The notes beneath the pieces were generated by a model. The model was not told where the DNA came from. It searched no databases and saw nothing but the letters and a program-made list of their open reading frames with translations. From Balamuthia mandrillaris (taxonomy: Eukaryota): a stretch of 64,000 nucleotides of DNA. The stretch lies in assembly GCA_031835245.2 (NCBI GenBank), contig JAVKOQ020000028.1:186001-250000 (forward strand), read 5' to 3'. Each line of letters opens with the position of its first letter. Positions within the stretch are counted from its first letter, which is position 1. This document shows positions 25,771 to 40,996 of this stretch, in pieces. A program made the translations under genes and the position numbers.

Positions 25771-26068
25771 GGTTTTTTTTTTCTTTTTAAAAGGGAGCCA
25801 TTCCGAAGAAATTCATCCCCAAGAAGAAGTGGAGAGATGGAGAGAGGCGGGATGGAGGAGGTTCTGAAAAGGAGAATGAGGGAGCATAAGAAGAAAGCAA
25901 CAGGGCAGGAGTTACCTCTAACACACGCAAAAGTCAATGTAAAATTAAGCTTCTTTTGGACAGTCAGCATTATTGCATTACGTCTTCCATCTCCACTCTG
26001 CTGAGGCTGACTCAAGTCACAAAAGAAAAGGCCATAGGTAGACTGCAGCACCCAGCATTAAAAGCTGA

Positions 26069-27682
26069 ATGAAACCAAAGCTGCGTAACAAAACGCACGC
26101 ACACGCGCACACGTACAAGAAAATGTGGATGGGCGACTACCGACCATGCAGGAAGCACATCAAGTTCTTGTGCTCTGCAGCTGCTCTGTTCTCCATCTCT
26201 CTTTGGATGATCCTCCTCGTGTCGTTCTCCAACAACTCTTCCTCCCTTTCTCCTCTTCCTCCCACCTTGGTTCCTCACACTGCTCCTCGGCAACACAAAC
26301 AAAGAACCACTCTGTCTTCCACAACAAACAGAGACGGAGGACCCCAAGACGTCATCCAGCCAAACCCCCTGCAGGAAGTCATTTCGCAACTGCCTCATCA
26401 AGGCGACAAGCCCTTGTTCGTCCCCAAAGAGAAGTTCGATAACTTGATGTTGGAATGGCGGCAAATAATGCGCCAACCGGACGAGAGAGGAAGGAGACCC
26501 GCCCCTTCTCCCTGCGGCACCAAGATCGACCCCCTCCGCGCTGAACGGCACCTGAACCTCTCCTCCCCCCTCTCCTACGACCTGCACTTTGGCGACTTGG
26601 GCTCCTCCTTGCCCGACATCTACGTGGCGCTGAACCTGAAGGACGCGGCCCACCTCCTCCCCTCGATGGTGCTGCAGCTCACCTCCGCCATGCGCCTGGT
26701 GGGCACGCAGCGCTTCTTCCTCAGCATCTTCGAGAGCGACTCCATCGACCAGACCGTGCCGCTGCTGCACAAGTGGGGGGACCTCCTGAGCGACCTCGGC
26801 GTGGCCCACTTCTTCGCCCACGGGCGGGACGTGGTGCGGCGCAAGGAGGAGCACCGCATCCATTTCCTGTCGACGGTGCGAAATTTGGCGTTGGAGCCGT
26901 TGAGGGTCCATCAGCGGGCGAATTTTCGATACGATCGGATCTTGTTCCTCAACGACATCTTTTTTTGCGCCGCTGACGTGTTGGAGCTGTTACATCAGAG
27001 TTTCCAACAAAAGGCCGACATGACGTGTGCCGTAGATCACACCTACGATAACAATTTGGAAGAGATCACTTTCTACGACACGTGGGTTGCTCGGGACGTC
27101 ACGGGAGGGGAATTCAAGGCGCAGATCCCCTCCATGCTGCAGCACCCCGAGAGCAAGCGCCTGCTGGAGCAGGGCTTGCCCTTCCAGGTGAGCTGCTGCT
27201 GGAACGGCATGGTGGTGCTGCGGGCGGAGCCGTTCTACCAGCACCACCCGGCCTCGCGGGCGGAGGGCGGAGAGCTGCAGTTCCGGAGGGAGCCCACGGA
27301 GATACTCTTCCCTCCCGACCCTCGCTACGCCTACGTGCAGCACCACTTCCCGCGCGAGGAGCTGCAGGTCTACGCCCAATGCTCCGCCTCCGAGGTGAAC
27401 GTGCTCTGCAAGGACATGATCTACCTGGGCTACTCCCGCTTCATGGTGGTCCCGTTTGTCCGAGTGGCTTACTTCAGGACCCATCACTACACCGTAAGAA
27501 AAGAGATGTTTCCGCTGAACGTTCCATTCAATCCGATGGAGGACAACAAGGTAGCGTTCGTGCCCCCGCCAAAGACCATGCATTGCATACCCTTGGACTC
27601 AAATCGGAGACGTACCCCGGATGGATTGAATGGCAGAGTCTTTTTGCCACAGAAGAAGGATGAACTGAACGCTGTCCCTTGA
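26069..27682 (+). CDS. CAP59/CMT1-like alpha-1,3-mannosyltransferase (GT69), type II membrane protein, intronless
   Basis: N-terminal TM helix. SIFESDSIDQT, RIHFLSTVRNLALEPL, ILFLNDIFFC, FYDTWVARD, PFQVSCCWNGMVVL, CSASE. The start may be a downstream ATG. Confidence 0.88.
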   Translation: MKPKLRNKTHAHAHTYKKMWMGDYRPCRKHIKFLCSAAALFSISLWMILLVSFSNNSSSLSPLPPTLVPHTAPRQHKQRTTLSSTTNRDGGPQDVIQPNPLQEVISQLPHQGDKPLFVPKEKFDNLMLEWRQIMRQPDERGRRPAPSPCGTKIDPLRAERHLNLSSPLSYDLHFGDLGSSLPDIYVALNLKDAAHLLPSMVLQLTSAMRLVGTQRFFLSIFESDSIDQTVPLLHKWGDLLSDLGVAHFFAHGRDVVRRKEEHRIHFLSTVRNLALEPLRVHQRANFRYDRILFLNDIFFCAADVLELLHQSFQQKADMTCAVDHTYDNNLEEITFYDTWVARDVTGGEFKAQIPSMLQHPESKRLLEQGLPFQVSCCWNGMVVLRAEPFYQHHPASRAEGGELQFRREPTEILFPPDPRYAYVQHHFPREELQVYAQCSASEVNVLCKDMIYLGYSRFMVVPFVRVAYFRTHHYTVRKEMFPLNVPFNPMEDNKVAFVPPPKTMHCIPLDSNRRRTPDGLNGRVFLPQKKDELNAVP

Positions 27683-27812
27683 GTGGCCACAAACCTATGG
27701 TTCTGCTATGTAAAAGAGTAAAGTTTTCTGGTCTTTTTTCTTACAGTTTTTCTGTTTGATAAAAATATAAAAAAATCTAATACACACATCATGCTCCATA
27801 AAACGTTCCTTG

Positions 27813-30405
27813 TTAACCCTTTGCTTCGTCGTCATAATCGTCCATCGCAGTCGAAGTAGAAGAAGCCGTTGTGCTCCTGCTTGCCCGACTGAACCTGGAG
27901 GAGTTCTTCGAATTCATCTTGCTCGAGACGCGCTTGCTCTTCCTCTGCGCCGCTCTCCTTCCCTCCTCCCCAATCTCCAAATAAGTTATCACTCCGGAGA
28001 GTCCCTCCTCTCTCATGCTCCTTACCAAGTTCCACCAAAAGAGAGAGAGCTCCTTAGAGACGATAAAGTTGAGGAAGAGGAGGAAGCCCAAAGAAGCAAA
28101 GCCAAAGCCGCGCAGCATGGCCAAACTGTAGTTGCTGGCCTCGTCGTCCAACTCGCAGTTTTTGCCGTTCATCACAACAAAGCAGTTGAGATAAGTGGCC
28201 CACTCCTCCTCGATGGTGCTCTGAGACGTTCCAACGTTGACCGCATAAGCAAAGATGAAGGTGTAGACCACCAGAAAAGTGAAGATGAAGAGGAGGAGGC
28301 GGAGATAAGTCACAATGAGAGTGGTTCGCTCGCCGCCGTGGAAACGAGCAAACATGATGATGATCTTGATGACGCAGCTGACGTAGACTATAACGGCGAT
28401 GAGCATGAGCAGGCCCACGGGCACATACCACATAAAGATCATCCAAATGTTACTGTCTTCCGGTGAGACGAAACAGCTATTTGATTGTTGTTTGTTATAT
28501 TTTGTTGAGTTGAGGTTGGTCAAACACAGCTAAGAACGAAAAGAAAGGAAAGGAAAGGGGCGGAGAAGAACATACAAAGTACCACCAGGTTGCAAGGAGA
28601 TTTTACTGGCAGCGACTGGAATGATGGAGAGAAGAGTAGGAAAGCCCCATCCCACGCAATGATAAACTACTTGAAATATTTTTTTCTTTGTTCGATATAT
28701 CTTCGTTGCAAATAACTGAAAAAAAGTTTCAGTAACAAACTAAAGAATAATATACAGCAGAAGAAGAAGAAGAAGAAGAAGAAGAAGAAGAAGAAGAACA
28801 AGAACAAGAAGAACAAGAACAAGAACAAGAAGAACAAGAAGAACAAGAAGAACAAGAACAAGAACAAAAAAAGAAGGAGCAGGAACGCATACACAAATGG
28901 CCATATTAACAGTTAATATACACCACCAGGTTGTCGTCGACAGGAACGCGAACTGCAATATAGTTCCCTGCAAGTTGCAGGTGTGCGACTTGAACACTAG
29001 CTCGTTCATGGAGAAGACATAGCCTGCGCCTGCCAGAGTGTCGTTGATCAAACTGCCGGTGAAGTTAACAGTGAAGGAGGCGTCGGGAGAGATGAGCTGC
29101 GTCTCGGGGCCGCACCAGATGGTCTCGTGATCGCCGCCGGCAAAAATGGGGAGAACGATAGCAATGGCAGCAATATGAGAGGAGATGGCGATCATCAGGA
29201 TGAGATTGGCGGGGTAGACGCGGTGTTTAGGGGAGAGGCCGTAAGTTAGGATAAGGATGAAAGTTCCAATCTGTTTTGTTTGTTTTGTCTATAAGTCTAT
29301 GAAAATAGAAGAGGCAAGACAGAAATACGTTACCAATGATAAGAAACCAACAGTAAGCTGCATAGTCTCAACAGAGTCCCACTCATCCTCCGTGTAAGCA
29401 GGAAGAGGGCATTCGAACATGCATGGAGAGCCTGGACTGTCACGTTTTAGCGGTGGATTACATTCCTTAGCGAGTCCATAACGTTCTCCCATTACACATT
29501 CCACTTCCTATTTTGTTTGGACCGAAACCCAGTCGCTGTCAGTAAAAGAAAGACAAAAGGACAAAAAAAAAACAAAAGGGAAAAGAAAGAGAAGAATATA
29601 GCCAATAACCTTTTCAACGCCATCAGGCATGGTCAAGATGGTATGGTTAAGAGGGAACCAAGGCGTATCCTGCGCCCAAGCGTCCGTCTCATTGCAAGTA
29701 AGCGGGGCAATAAAGCCTGGCGGAAAATGCAAAAAGGCTCCCAACGGAAAGTCCGTTTTAGCAGTAAACTCTGAGCATTTATCCACTGTTTATAAAAGTT
29801 TTTTTTGAATTGTTCGGGTTTGTTACGAATTAAACAAAGCATACTAAGAAAACAAAGAAGAACGAACCATATTCTTGACAAAAGCGGCGACAAAGGTTGC
29901 GAGGAAGTGCAACATGTTCTTTTAAAATATAATAGAGAAAAGTCAAAAAGAAAAAGAGAAAGCAACAAGAGAGAGGGGGAGAGGGAGAGAAAGAAAACAA
30001 TTAGAACCTCCTTCATGAACAACGCATGGCTTGTAGAAGCCATTACACAGCAGACTGTACAGTACGGACTCACAAACAGGATCCACTTTAGCTTCGTAAA
30101 TGGGAAGACCGGTTATAACTAGGTTTGTAGTTTGTGCCATTTGTGCCAAAGAAAAGCCCGGCGGAACATAAACCAAGTCATTCTCTATTTTTTGTTTTTG
30201 TGTTAAAGTTATTCGCCAAACAAAATAACAAAAAAAAAGAGGTAAACGATAAGAAAGAAGACGAACCCCCTATATCAACCAAATCCGCACAAATAGTGGG
30301 CGTTCTGTCCCATTCTTCACACGTTTGTGCCGTTACAGGCGTTACACTGGAGGTGCAAAACACATACAAAAGACAAGCCGCAAACACAAGGGCTTGTTGT
30401 CGCAT
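27813..30405 (-). CDS. Frizzled/Smoothened-like (class F) GPCR with signal peptide, Cys-rich domain and 7 TM segments, multi-exon
   Basis: Signal peptide MRQQALVFAACLL, Cys-rich ectodomain (C...ICA...CES...LCNGFYKPC), CMFECPLP, YPANLIL, CNLQGTILQFAFLSTTTWWCIL, HCVGWGFP, WATYLNC. Confidence 0.82.
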
Positions 30406-30669
30406 CTTTTTCCGCTTTGCTTTTGCTGCCAAACACTCAACGTTACTCTGCGTCTAATAGGCGTTTGTTATTTTAGCCAAATTAAAGTTATTAGAATGGG
30501 GTTACCAATATACCGTACCCGCATATTAATCATTAGGAGTTGCTGAGAAACTTCCGCCAATCATAAATTGCCCGCGTGGGAACACAAGGCGGGAACATAC
30601 GAAGAAAACAGGTGAAACAAAACGATGAAAGAGAAACGACAAAAGAGAAAGAGAAACGACAACAAATGT

Positions 30670-32428
<1,759 letters not shown>

Positions 32429-32966
32429 CTCCTTACTTTTTGATGTTCAAATGTAGCACGAAACGACCACGATTACTGCAGCAAATGTCCAACCAATTGC
32501 TGACGTAACCAGCACACGAGAGAAGACATGAGAGAGGCGTTCGAGACATGGGAGAAGACAGGAGATAGGAGAGAGGAGAGAGGAGAGAGCAGAGAGCAGA
32601 GAGCAGAGAGCAGAGAGGAGAGAGGAGAGAGGAGAGAGGAGAGAGAGAGAGGGCAGAAGCGAGAGAAGAGAAGAGAAAAGAGAGGATAGCAGAGAGAGGA
32701 GAGCAGAGAGGAGAGGAGAGAGGAGAGAGGAGAGAGGAGAGAGGGAGAGAGGAGAGAGGAGAGAGAGAGGAGAGAGAGAGAGCAGGGAGGAGACATGCGG
32801 GGAGGAGAGAAAGCCGGGAAGCAGAGAGGCGAAAGGAGAGCTGATAGCAGAGAAGAAGAATGAGTATTGAGGGAATGGGGTTGGCTACCTGGTTTTTATG
32901 TTCAGTGATCTTTTTGTTACAAGAAGAAAGAGAAATAAATAACATATTTGGTGGAAGAATGTAGTT

Positions 32967-33367
32967 TCAGACCAAGCCAAAGCCTTGCGTGTTATAAATA
33001 GCCAAGCGAAGCTTCTCTGCCAATCTCTCCTTCGTATCATATTCCTAAAACAAAAAACTATAAGTGGAAAGGGATTGAAGGAAACAAGAAGAAGGACAGA
33101 GGAAGGGAGGAAGATAGATGACATACAGGAAGATCGAGAATGTTGTAACAAGTATGAGCAGCAGGCAAGCGAGCGACGTCATCTCCCGCCTGTTGCACGA
33201 CAAAGTTGAGGCTGGACAAGCCTTTGATGGGAACGCGGTCCGTCCCTGTCACAAAGACGAGGAAGAGGCGTTGCTCCTCCGAGGAAAAGCTGTAAATGAC
33301 TTCCCAGAAATAACTGGTACAAACAGGAAAGTTAACATTCAAGGCGAAAAAGAGAAGAAAGACTTTT

Positions 33368-33412
<45 letters not shown>

Positions 33413-35062
33413 CGAACCGAATGACAGGATGATCTTTGTGGAAGGGCGCTTTGTACTGAGTGACTTTTTCGAGGTCATGAAAGTCGTAGTTGGAGCTGCC
33501 ACAAACCAACAGCTCTAATTCCTCTTCTCTGAATAACTATTTAGTTGTTAGTTAGGTTTGTGTTTTGTATGTCTTTTACAGAGAAGAAGAAGCAGAGGAG
33601 AAGAAGCAGAAGCAACAGAAGAAGAACAAGAACAAGAAGCATAAGAAACCTTTAAGACTTCGCCTCCACACATGTGATTAAATCCTTCGGAAAAAGCATT
33701 GAACTGAGTTTGAATCGAATCATGCAACAAATATTTTGTATAGAGACGAACAAATTCTGCAGATAGTTGTTTGTGTAAGTTGAAGTTTAGAAGAAAGAAA
33801 GAAACGACAACAAAGCGAGACAGGACAAGAAAGAAGGTATACCCTGTCTGTTTTGATTAGTTACTGGAATGTTTTGGCCGCCCTCTTTCAGGTCATGGCT
33901 TCGAGCTTCTCCATAGAATTCGTAAGATATCTGAAAGGTAAGGCCAAACACATCTTCCACATCTCCTTCGTACTGTAGCAGGTGGACCAGGCTGTTGTGT
34001 ATCTCTGGAAAGGAGTCTTTCAGGTCGGATAGTTCTGTTGATTCGTTGCCTTTTTTTGTTTAAGAATGATGTGAGAAAGAAGAGGAGTAAAGGACAAGAA
34101 TAGGAGAAGAAGAGAATAAGAGAAGAAAAAGAAGGGTACCAAGCAACTTCTTGTAAACAACGAGTGGGAACCTAACGTTAAGAATAACACGATTGTAGAT
34201 GGCCAGTCCAAAGATCTGGTAGCAATAAGAAAAGAGTGAATTAAGCAACGGGACTGACAAATGAGAGAGAAGGAGAGCGAGACAGAGCGACTCTACTTTT
34301 CCGATCAGGTTGTACTCTGTTGTAGTCTCAAAAGAGGCAGGATTAAATCTGTAATCAATGCAAGAAGAGAAGAACGTGAGTTAATACAAGAACATGAAGA
34401 GCAAGATGAACAGGAACTTACAAGTAATTGTTAAGCGAATTGATGGTGAACATTCCGTAATCAGGATCAAAAAGTTGGGCGATCAACAGAGCGAAAAACT
34501 CTTTGGTGATGCCTCCTTCATCAATGCCTTCCTCTCCAGCAAATATGACTTTGAGCGGTTTTTTGAGTTCTGTATCTCTTCCTGAGAGCTGAGAAACGGC
34601 ATCTTCCACGATGTGCTCTCTTCGGATGATCAAAATGAGATGAGGATAAGACGGCTGTTGTCCCACAATTGCCGAATAGAACGCCTGAAAATACCGTGGG
34701 AATTATGTTAGACATCAAGAAAACTTCAACAAATGCAAACAGAAACAGAAACACGAAAAAAAAAAGCGATAAAGAGAAAGTTATACTCGGTTGACGTGGG
34801 CTTGCATCTGGAAACGAGCATCAATATGGAGTATCTTCGTTTTGGCTACAGCATTCAACAAGAATGGATATCTACAAAATGCAAAGACGCGCTCGTTGCT
34901 GCTTCGCCATTTGATGTAATCTTTTTCGAGGTCCACCTCCTCACTCACTGCTGCATTGTAGAAATGAGAGTAAGGGATGATATGACCGTTTTCTTCGTTG
35001 ATCTTGTCTGTTAAAAATAATATGTTGGCTTTAGTAAAATAAAAGTAAAACAAGAAACACAA

Positions 35063-35094
<32 letters not shown>

Positions 35095-37765
35095 CAAGGA
35101 GAGATAAAGCTGGTACTAACACAAAAAGTCAAGAGTGAGAGTGACACTGGTAGGATCTTGTGGCGGTGTTTTTGTGGTCAACAGAAAAGTGAGATATCGT
35201 TCAAACACGTTCACCACCCTTTGAAAATGGTCCACAGGCAATAACGATTTCCACCATTCTCCCAACACTCTCTTTGCTGATGTTGAAGAAGACAACGAGA
35301 AAAGGCCGATTAAAGCTCGACATAATCGTTCCACCATCACATGAGAATGTTCCGTGTCTAACAGCAACCGATTCTCCAACACCATCACAATGGCTCTTAA
35401 TCTTTCGGGCAAGCGAGCTGGATTCGGAATGTTGGGCAAAGCCGCAATGAGACGAGCGGTGGCGTTTCCAAAAGTGTTGACCAAGGAAGGATCCATCGTG
35501 CTGCCTTTTTCTAAGATAGCGGCGTAACTTGCGCGAAGAGCCACTAGATCGATGCCAGTCGTTTCTGTCTCGCTGGTGTTCATGTGAGTAGGAGCGTCGA
35601 GGAGGAAGCTGGCATTAAGGCAGGAAGGAGAGGAAAAGACGAGGCTCAAAATGGTTTTCACTTCCAGCACGTGGGAAGGAGTCCAAGCAGCGTTGAGAAG
35701 TCGTTGAATGGGAGAGAGATGGAGCGTTTGAGGTTTGTATAGAACGTGTTGTTGTTGAATAGGAGAAAGAAAGTGATGAGGTTGTTCAATTGTTTCGGTT
35801 TCCATTTCGATCGATTTGGCAGTGACGCCGTCTAGGCACTCCTTTGGGCGAATGATGATGAAAGAGTGATCGGAACCATCGCAAAACATATCTACAATCC
35901 AGCGATTGCTTCTGAAAGCAGGTAATGGGTTGTTGGTAGAAGCTTCATCTTTATGATCGTTGTGGTTCTCGTGAGATGCTGTGTGATGTATGGATGTTTC
36001 GTTTGCTTCTTCCTGTTTCTCTTCTTCTTCTTTCTCTTTGCTCGCTACCCAAACTTCGGGTGATGATGAATGTTGTTCTTGAGATGGTGTGTCTTGCTCA
36101 AGTTCCATTTTCTGTTTTTTCTCTCCTCCATCATCGTCATTGTCATGTTGTTTGCGTTCTCTCTTACCGTTCTCCTTCATATTCTCTTCCATGTTCTCTT
36201 CCTTTTCTTGTTGATGATCTCCTTCTGCTTTGTTTAGAGAGTTGGAGATATGATGAGCTGATGAGATACTAAACAACGAATTGTCCACTCGAAGAGGAAT
36301 TGAAGAGGAAGCGCCCTGCACATATCTTCCCCATGCATAGAGGGTAGTATGAGTCTGATCGTGAGACCACACCAAGGCTAGGGTATGCGCTCTACCGCAC
36401 GCTACCGTTATGACGTTACTTCCTAGCAACTCAGCAACGACACGAGGGACCATTTCGTGGTTCGTTCCGCCATGAGCGAGCTGTCCTAATGAGCCCTGTT
36501 TGTTTGAGAGAGGAAAGAAAAGAGCAGGGAGAAAAATATTTTTGAGGGAAGTAAATCATATGAAAAGCAATCCCGCATAAAAAAGAGGAATAAGTACTTG
36601 GCCCCAAGTTACAACTTTCCACTGTCTATTAGTTTAGTTTGTTAACGATATGTTTAGAAAGAGGAAAAGGTCGTGTGATGAACGAACCAGATATAGCAGC
36701 TGTATGAAAAGCGCCACAACTGACTTTTTTAATGTGGCGGCAATGAAGCTTTGGTATTAGAACAGGATCTCGCCGTCCTCTGGTATCTCCCAGCCCAAGC
36801 TGTCCAAATTTGTTGCTAACATTAAGCAGAAACAAAAGAAATTAAACAGAAGAAGAACACATTCAGAGGAACCTTGTGCAGTAGTTAAAGGAGAACGAGT
36901 TGTGGATCAGCTAGAACAAACCTTCCCCAAGAGAAAACGCTTCCACTTACTACAGTAAACGGATTGAAAGTAAGAACAATCAAGGTAAACAGGAATAACA
37001 AGAAAGGAGAAAAGGCAGTACCTGTTAGAGCTACACAATGGCCTGCCCCAACGCTAAGTGCAACGATAGGTGTGCCCATTAGTCCCGCAATTGGAGTTGG
37101 CACAGAATAAGATATCACGTCGCCATTTCCCATTTCTATCATGTAACGGGTTTTAACAAATGCAGAGAGAGAGCGCGAGCGAGGAGTGAAAAAAAACATA
37201 GGCAGAAGAAACGTACGTCCAGATACTCCATCTCCCCATGCTAATACTTCACCAGAGCTTGTGAGAGCAAGGTTTGCATGACCACCGCTCTGAATCTGTA
37301 CAATATGGCGGTCATCTGTCTTAACTCTCCTGGGCTTTGTGCTCGCTTTGTAGTCTCCTGTTCCTAACTGTCCTTTATCATTCCGTCCCCTGAAAGTGTG
37401 GCCACAAGAAAGTAAAGAGCGGCAAGGAAAGAATAAGAACATAATAGAAGATATACAAAGGACAAAAGAACAGAGCAGAGAGAGTACCAAGCATAGACGT
37501 TGCCACTAGAGTCAAGAGCTAAAGAATGTGCTTCCCCTGCTGCGCTCTGCACAATTTTCAGGTGACTCAAGGATTCAAGCCTTTGAGCTACCATTTGTCT
37601 TCCTGTTCGTCCCAATTGGCCATCTTCATGACTGATATCGGAAATATGAGACAAAGGGTAGCAAGCAGAAAAGAACATAGAGAAACGAGACGTGGTACAA
37701 GGAAAGCAGAGAGAGAGAGAGAGAGAGAGAAGCACACAAGCAAAGAGAGAGCGAGAGAGCGAGAG

Positions 37766-37811
<46 letters not shown>

Positions 37812-38029
37812 CAGCTTACCTTCCCCATGTAAAGACCTCGCCACCGAACGTGCAAGCACAGCAGTGCTTCGCACCAGTGGCAATGCATGTAAAGTTCTTC
37901 TTCGAAATGTCTTCAGCCAACTGAGGCACCGTCGCATCTGCGTCATTCCCCAAACCCAGCTGGCCTAAAACGATGAAGAGCAGCGAGAATGTGAGAGAGA
38001 GAGAAGCGGCAGGAAAGAACCCAATAATA

Positions 38030-38070
<41 letters not shown>

Positions 38071-38165
38071 GTACCAGTGTCATTAGACCCAAAGCACCAT
38101 ACTTCAGTCTTGGCGCCTTGCAACCTCTCCAACGCGGCGGCCTCCGATGTCCTTTCGTGCTCCAT
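32967..38165 (-). CDS. HERC-type E3 ubiquitin ligase (RCC1 repeats plus HECT), multi-exon
   Basis: RCC1 repeats (GSND|GQLG, GRNDKGQLG, GAGHCVAL, CGAFHTAA, ACGRAHTLAL). HECT motifs LIIRREHIVEDA, FAGEEGIDEGGITKEFF, FVTGTDRVP, LPAAHTCYNILDLP, QGFGLV*. Confidence 0.93.
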
Positions 38166-38610
38166 TGGGTTGTTTTGTTTGTTGTTGATGGTTCTACTAC
38201 AGAATGGCAACACCACCAAGATCCCTTCTCCTGCTGCTCCTGCTCCTGCTGCTCCTCTTCTTCGCTGTTCTTCTTCCACTTCGTCGCTGCTACTCTTTTT
38301 TTTTTTTGTTTTATTTTCCGATTCTTCTGACTGAAAAAAAAAATCTCCGCTGCGCAACGGAAACATCGCCAATGGTGTATTTACCTGTCCATCCGTCTTC
38401 TTGCGCCAAATGTCCATTTGGAAGAGGGGAAAGGGGGATGGACAACATTACGTATCCATCTGTTTCCCAATTTATCTCTCTCCTGTCCTCTCTCATGTCC
38501 TTCGGAAATTCTGCGGAGAATTTGTGTGAAATAAAAAATATAAAAGAAAAAATATTTTTTAAAAAAAAGGAATTCTTTTATTTATTTTTTTTTGTCTCTC
38601 AAAACGGCGT

Positions 38611-39140
38611 TCAGGTTGAAGAATGTTGAGCATGACGGACGTTGGCAAAGATGTCCTCCAGGATCTCCGATGCTCCCCTCCCCTTCAGCTCTTTGGCCAG
38701 CCGCGTGCCCAAGCTCTCGGCCTCCGCCACGTCGCCTTCCGTCTCCCCCGCGATGTTCTTGCTGCCGTCTATGGAGAGCACAGCTCCTTTCAAACGCAGA
38801 GTCTTGCCGTCTTCCAGGATGCAGGTGTGCACTCCGACCGGCACTTGACATCTTTGTTGTGTGTGTGTTTTTCTTTTGTAAGAAAAAGAAAAACAAAATA
38901 AGGGAGAAAGAAAGAAAGGGGGGTAGAATCAACTGTATATACCCTCCATGGAGTTCTCTGAGGAAGGCTCGTTCTGCTAAGCACATGTGAGCTGTTTCTG
39001 CATGTTGAACCCTGTTGTAGGTTTAAGTAACGCGAAGGATAAGGATTAGAATAAAAGTGGAACAACCGGCAAAAGGAAAAGAACAAGAAAAACGAAGAAA
39101 GAAAACAGTGAAACGGAACGCGAAACGAATTCTCCAAAAT

Positions 39141-39180
<40 letters not shown>

Positions 39181-39811
39181 AGGAGAAACAAACCGCGAAA
39201 GAAGTTCGATGAGATGCTTGTCATTAGCTCTGCATTCAACGGCGAGTGCGCCCTGCCCTACCGCATGCAAACACTGCGAGGCGTCCAAGATCTGATGTAT
39301 CCTGTCCTTCATGCCCAGTCTTTCCAGTCCAGAAGCTGCCAATATCAACGCATCATATTCACCTGTTTGTGTTTGCGATACAAAAGAATAAATGGAGTGA
39401 TGACTAAAGCAAAGAAACGACAAACGGCTGTGCGAAACAACGATAATGATAAAGAGCATTACAACAAACAAAATAAACACGAACCGTCGTCAAGCTTTTG
39501 CAGCCTCGTGTTCAGGTTGCCACGCACCGACTCAAAGACCAAGTGCGGGTGAGAGCGCAGGATCTGCGCCTTCCTCCTTAAGGAAGAGGTGCCCACCACC
39601 GAACCAGCTGGCAGAGTGTCGAGAGTGAGGTTGTTGGCGAGGTGCTTTTGGTGGAGGATGAGCGCATCGTTGGGGAGTTCTCGTTTGAAGATGGCAGGGA
39701 TGACCAAACCTGTTTTGTTTTGTTTTTGTTTTTGTTTTTTTGGTTAAAAAAACGGATGTGAAAACAAAAGGAAACGATGAGAAAGAGCGAGAGAGAGAGC
39801 GAGAGAGAGAG

Positions 39812-39868
<57 letters not shown>

Positions 39869-40572
39869 CAGAGACAGAGACAGAGAGACAGAGACAGAGA
39901 CAGAGACAGAGACAGAGACAGAGACAGAGACAGCAGAGACAGAGACAGAGACAGAGACAGGACAGAGACAGAGACAGAGAGACAGAGACAGAGACAGAGA
40001 CAGAGAGACAGAGACAGGAGACAGAGACAGAGAGACAGAGAGACAGAGACAGAGAGAGAGACAGAGAAGACAGAGACAGAGAGACAGAGACAGAGACAGA
40101 GACAGAGACAGAGACAGAGACAGAGACAGAGACAGAGAGACAGAGAGACAGAGAGACAGAGAGACAGAGAGACAGAGAGACAGAGACAAGAGAGTGAGGG
40201 ACGAGAAAGTAGGAAAGAAGAGCAGAAAAGCGAAACTGCAAAGATTACAAAAAATAAAAAAGGTGCAACAAAAAAGAAAAAGCACTCAAAACCTTCAGGA
40301 AGTTCAGTGGGAAGATCTTTGAGCGAATGCACGGCAAAGTCGATCTCGCCGCTCAGCATGCCGTCCTCCAGTTCTTTGGTGAACAGCCGAGTGTCTCCGA
40401 TTTGGGAGAGCGCGACGTTGAGGATCTTATCTCCCTTGGTTTTTCTCGTCTCGATGACAAACTCCAGATCGGGGTACTCCTTCTCCAGCATGTCCTTCAC
40501 CATGTTGGTTTGAATGAGCGCCAGCTGACTCGTGCGGGAACCGATCACAAACTTTTTTCTTTCTTCTTCCAT
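38611..40572 (-). CDS. hemC: Porphobilinogen deaminase (hydroxymethylbilane synthase), multi-exon
   Basis: [88 protein letters not shown]. Confidence 0.96.
39785..40190. repeat. Intronic (GAGACA)n/(GA)n microsatellite in hemC, representative of the many intronic microsatellites
   Basis: Seen directly. Similar tracts at 7120-7370, 8460-8690, 18850-19190, 54170-54480 and 54800-55240. Confidence 0.95.
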
Positions 40573-40996
40573 TTCTTTTCTTCTCTTTTCTTCTTTTTAT
40601 TTTAATTTTTATTTGTGCTTTTGGAGCACAAAAAGACCAGAAAAACTTCTCAAATAGAGCAGCATCGCGGATCGCATCACCTTTTGTCCACGAAATCTGC
40701 AATAAACGTGGAGTTTTCGTGGTCAAATCACCCGAACAGACAACAAAAGGAGCACAAAAGCTTCTCTAAAGCTGCTCAGGGGACATATTGACGTCAAAGA
40801 CTACACAAAAACTGCAAAAAAGGTTGTGCAAAGGTAGACAATTTGTCTTCACGTTGTTTAAAAAATAAATACAAAACAGAAAGAAAGCAAAAAAATGCAA
40901 AGACGGAACCAGACTTGACTGATGCCGGCTTTGCATCCTCCCCTCAAAAAAACTATACTCCACTATCGCATCCTTTCTTCCACTTGGAAAAGGCGC

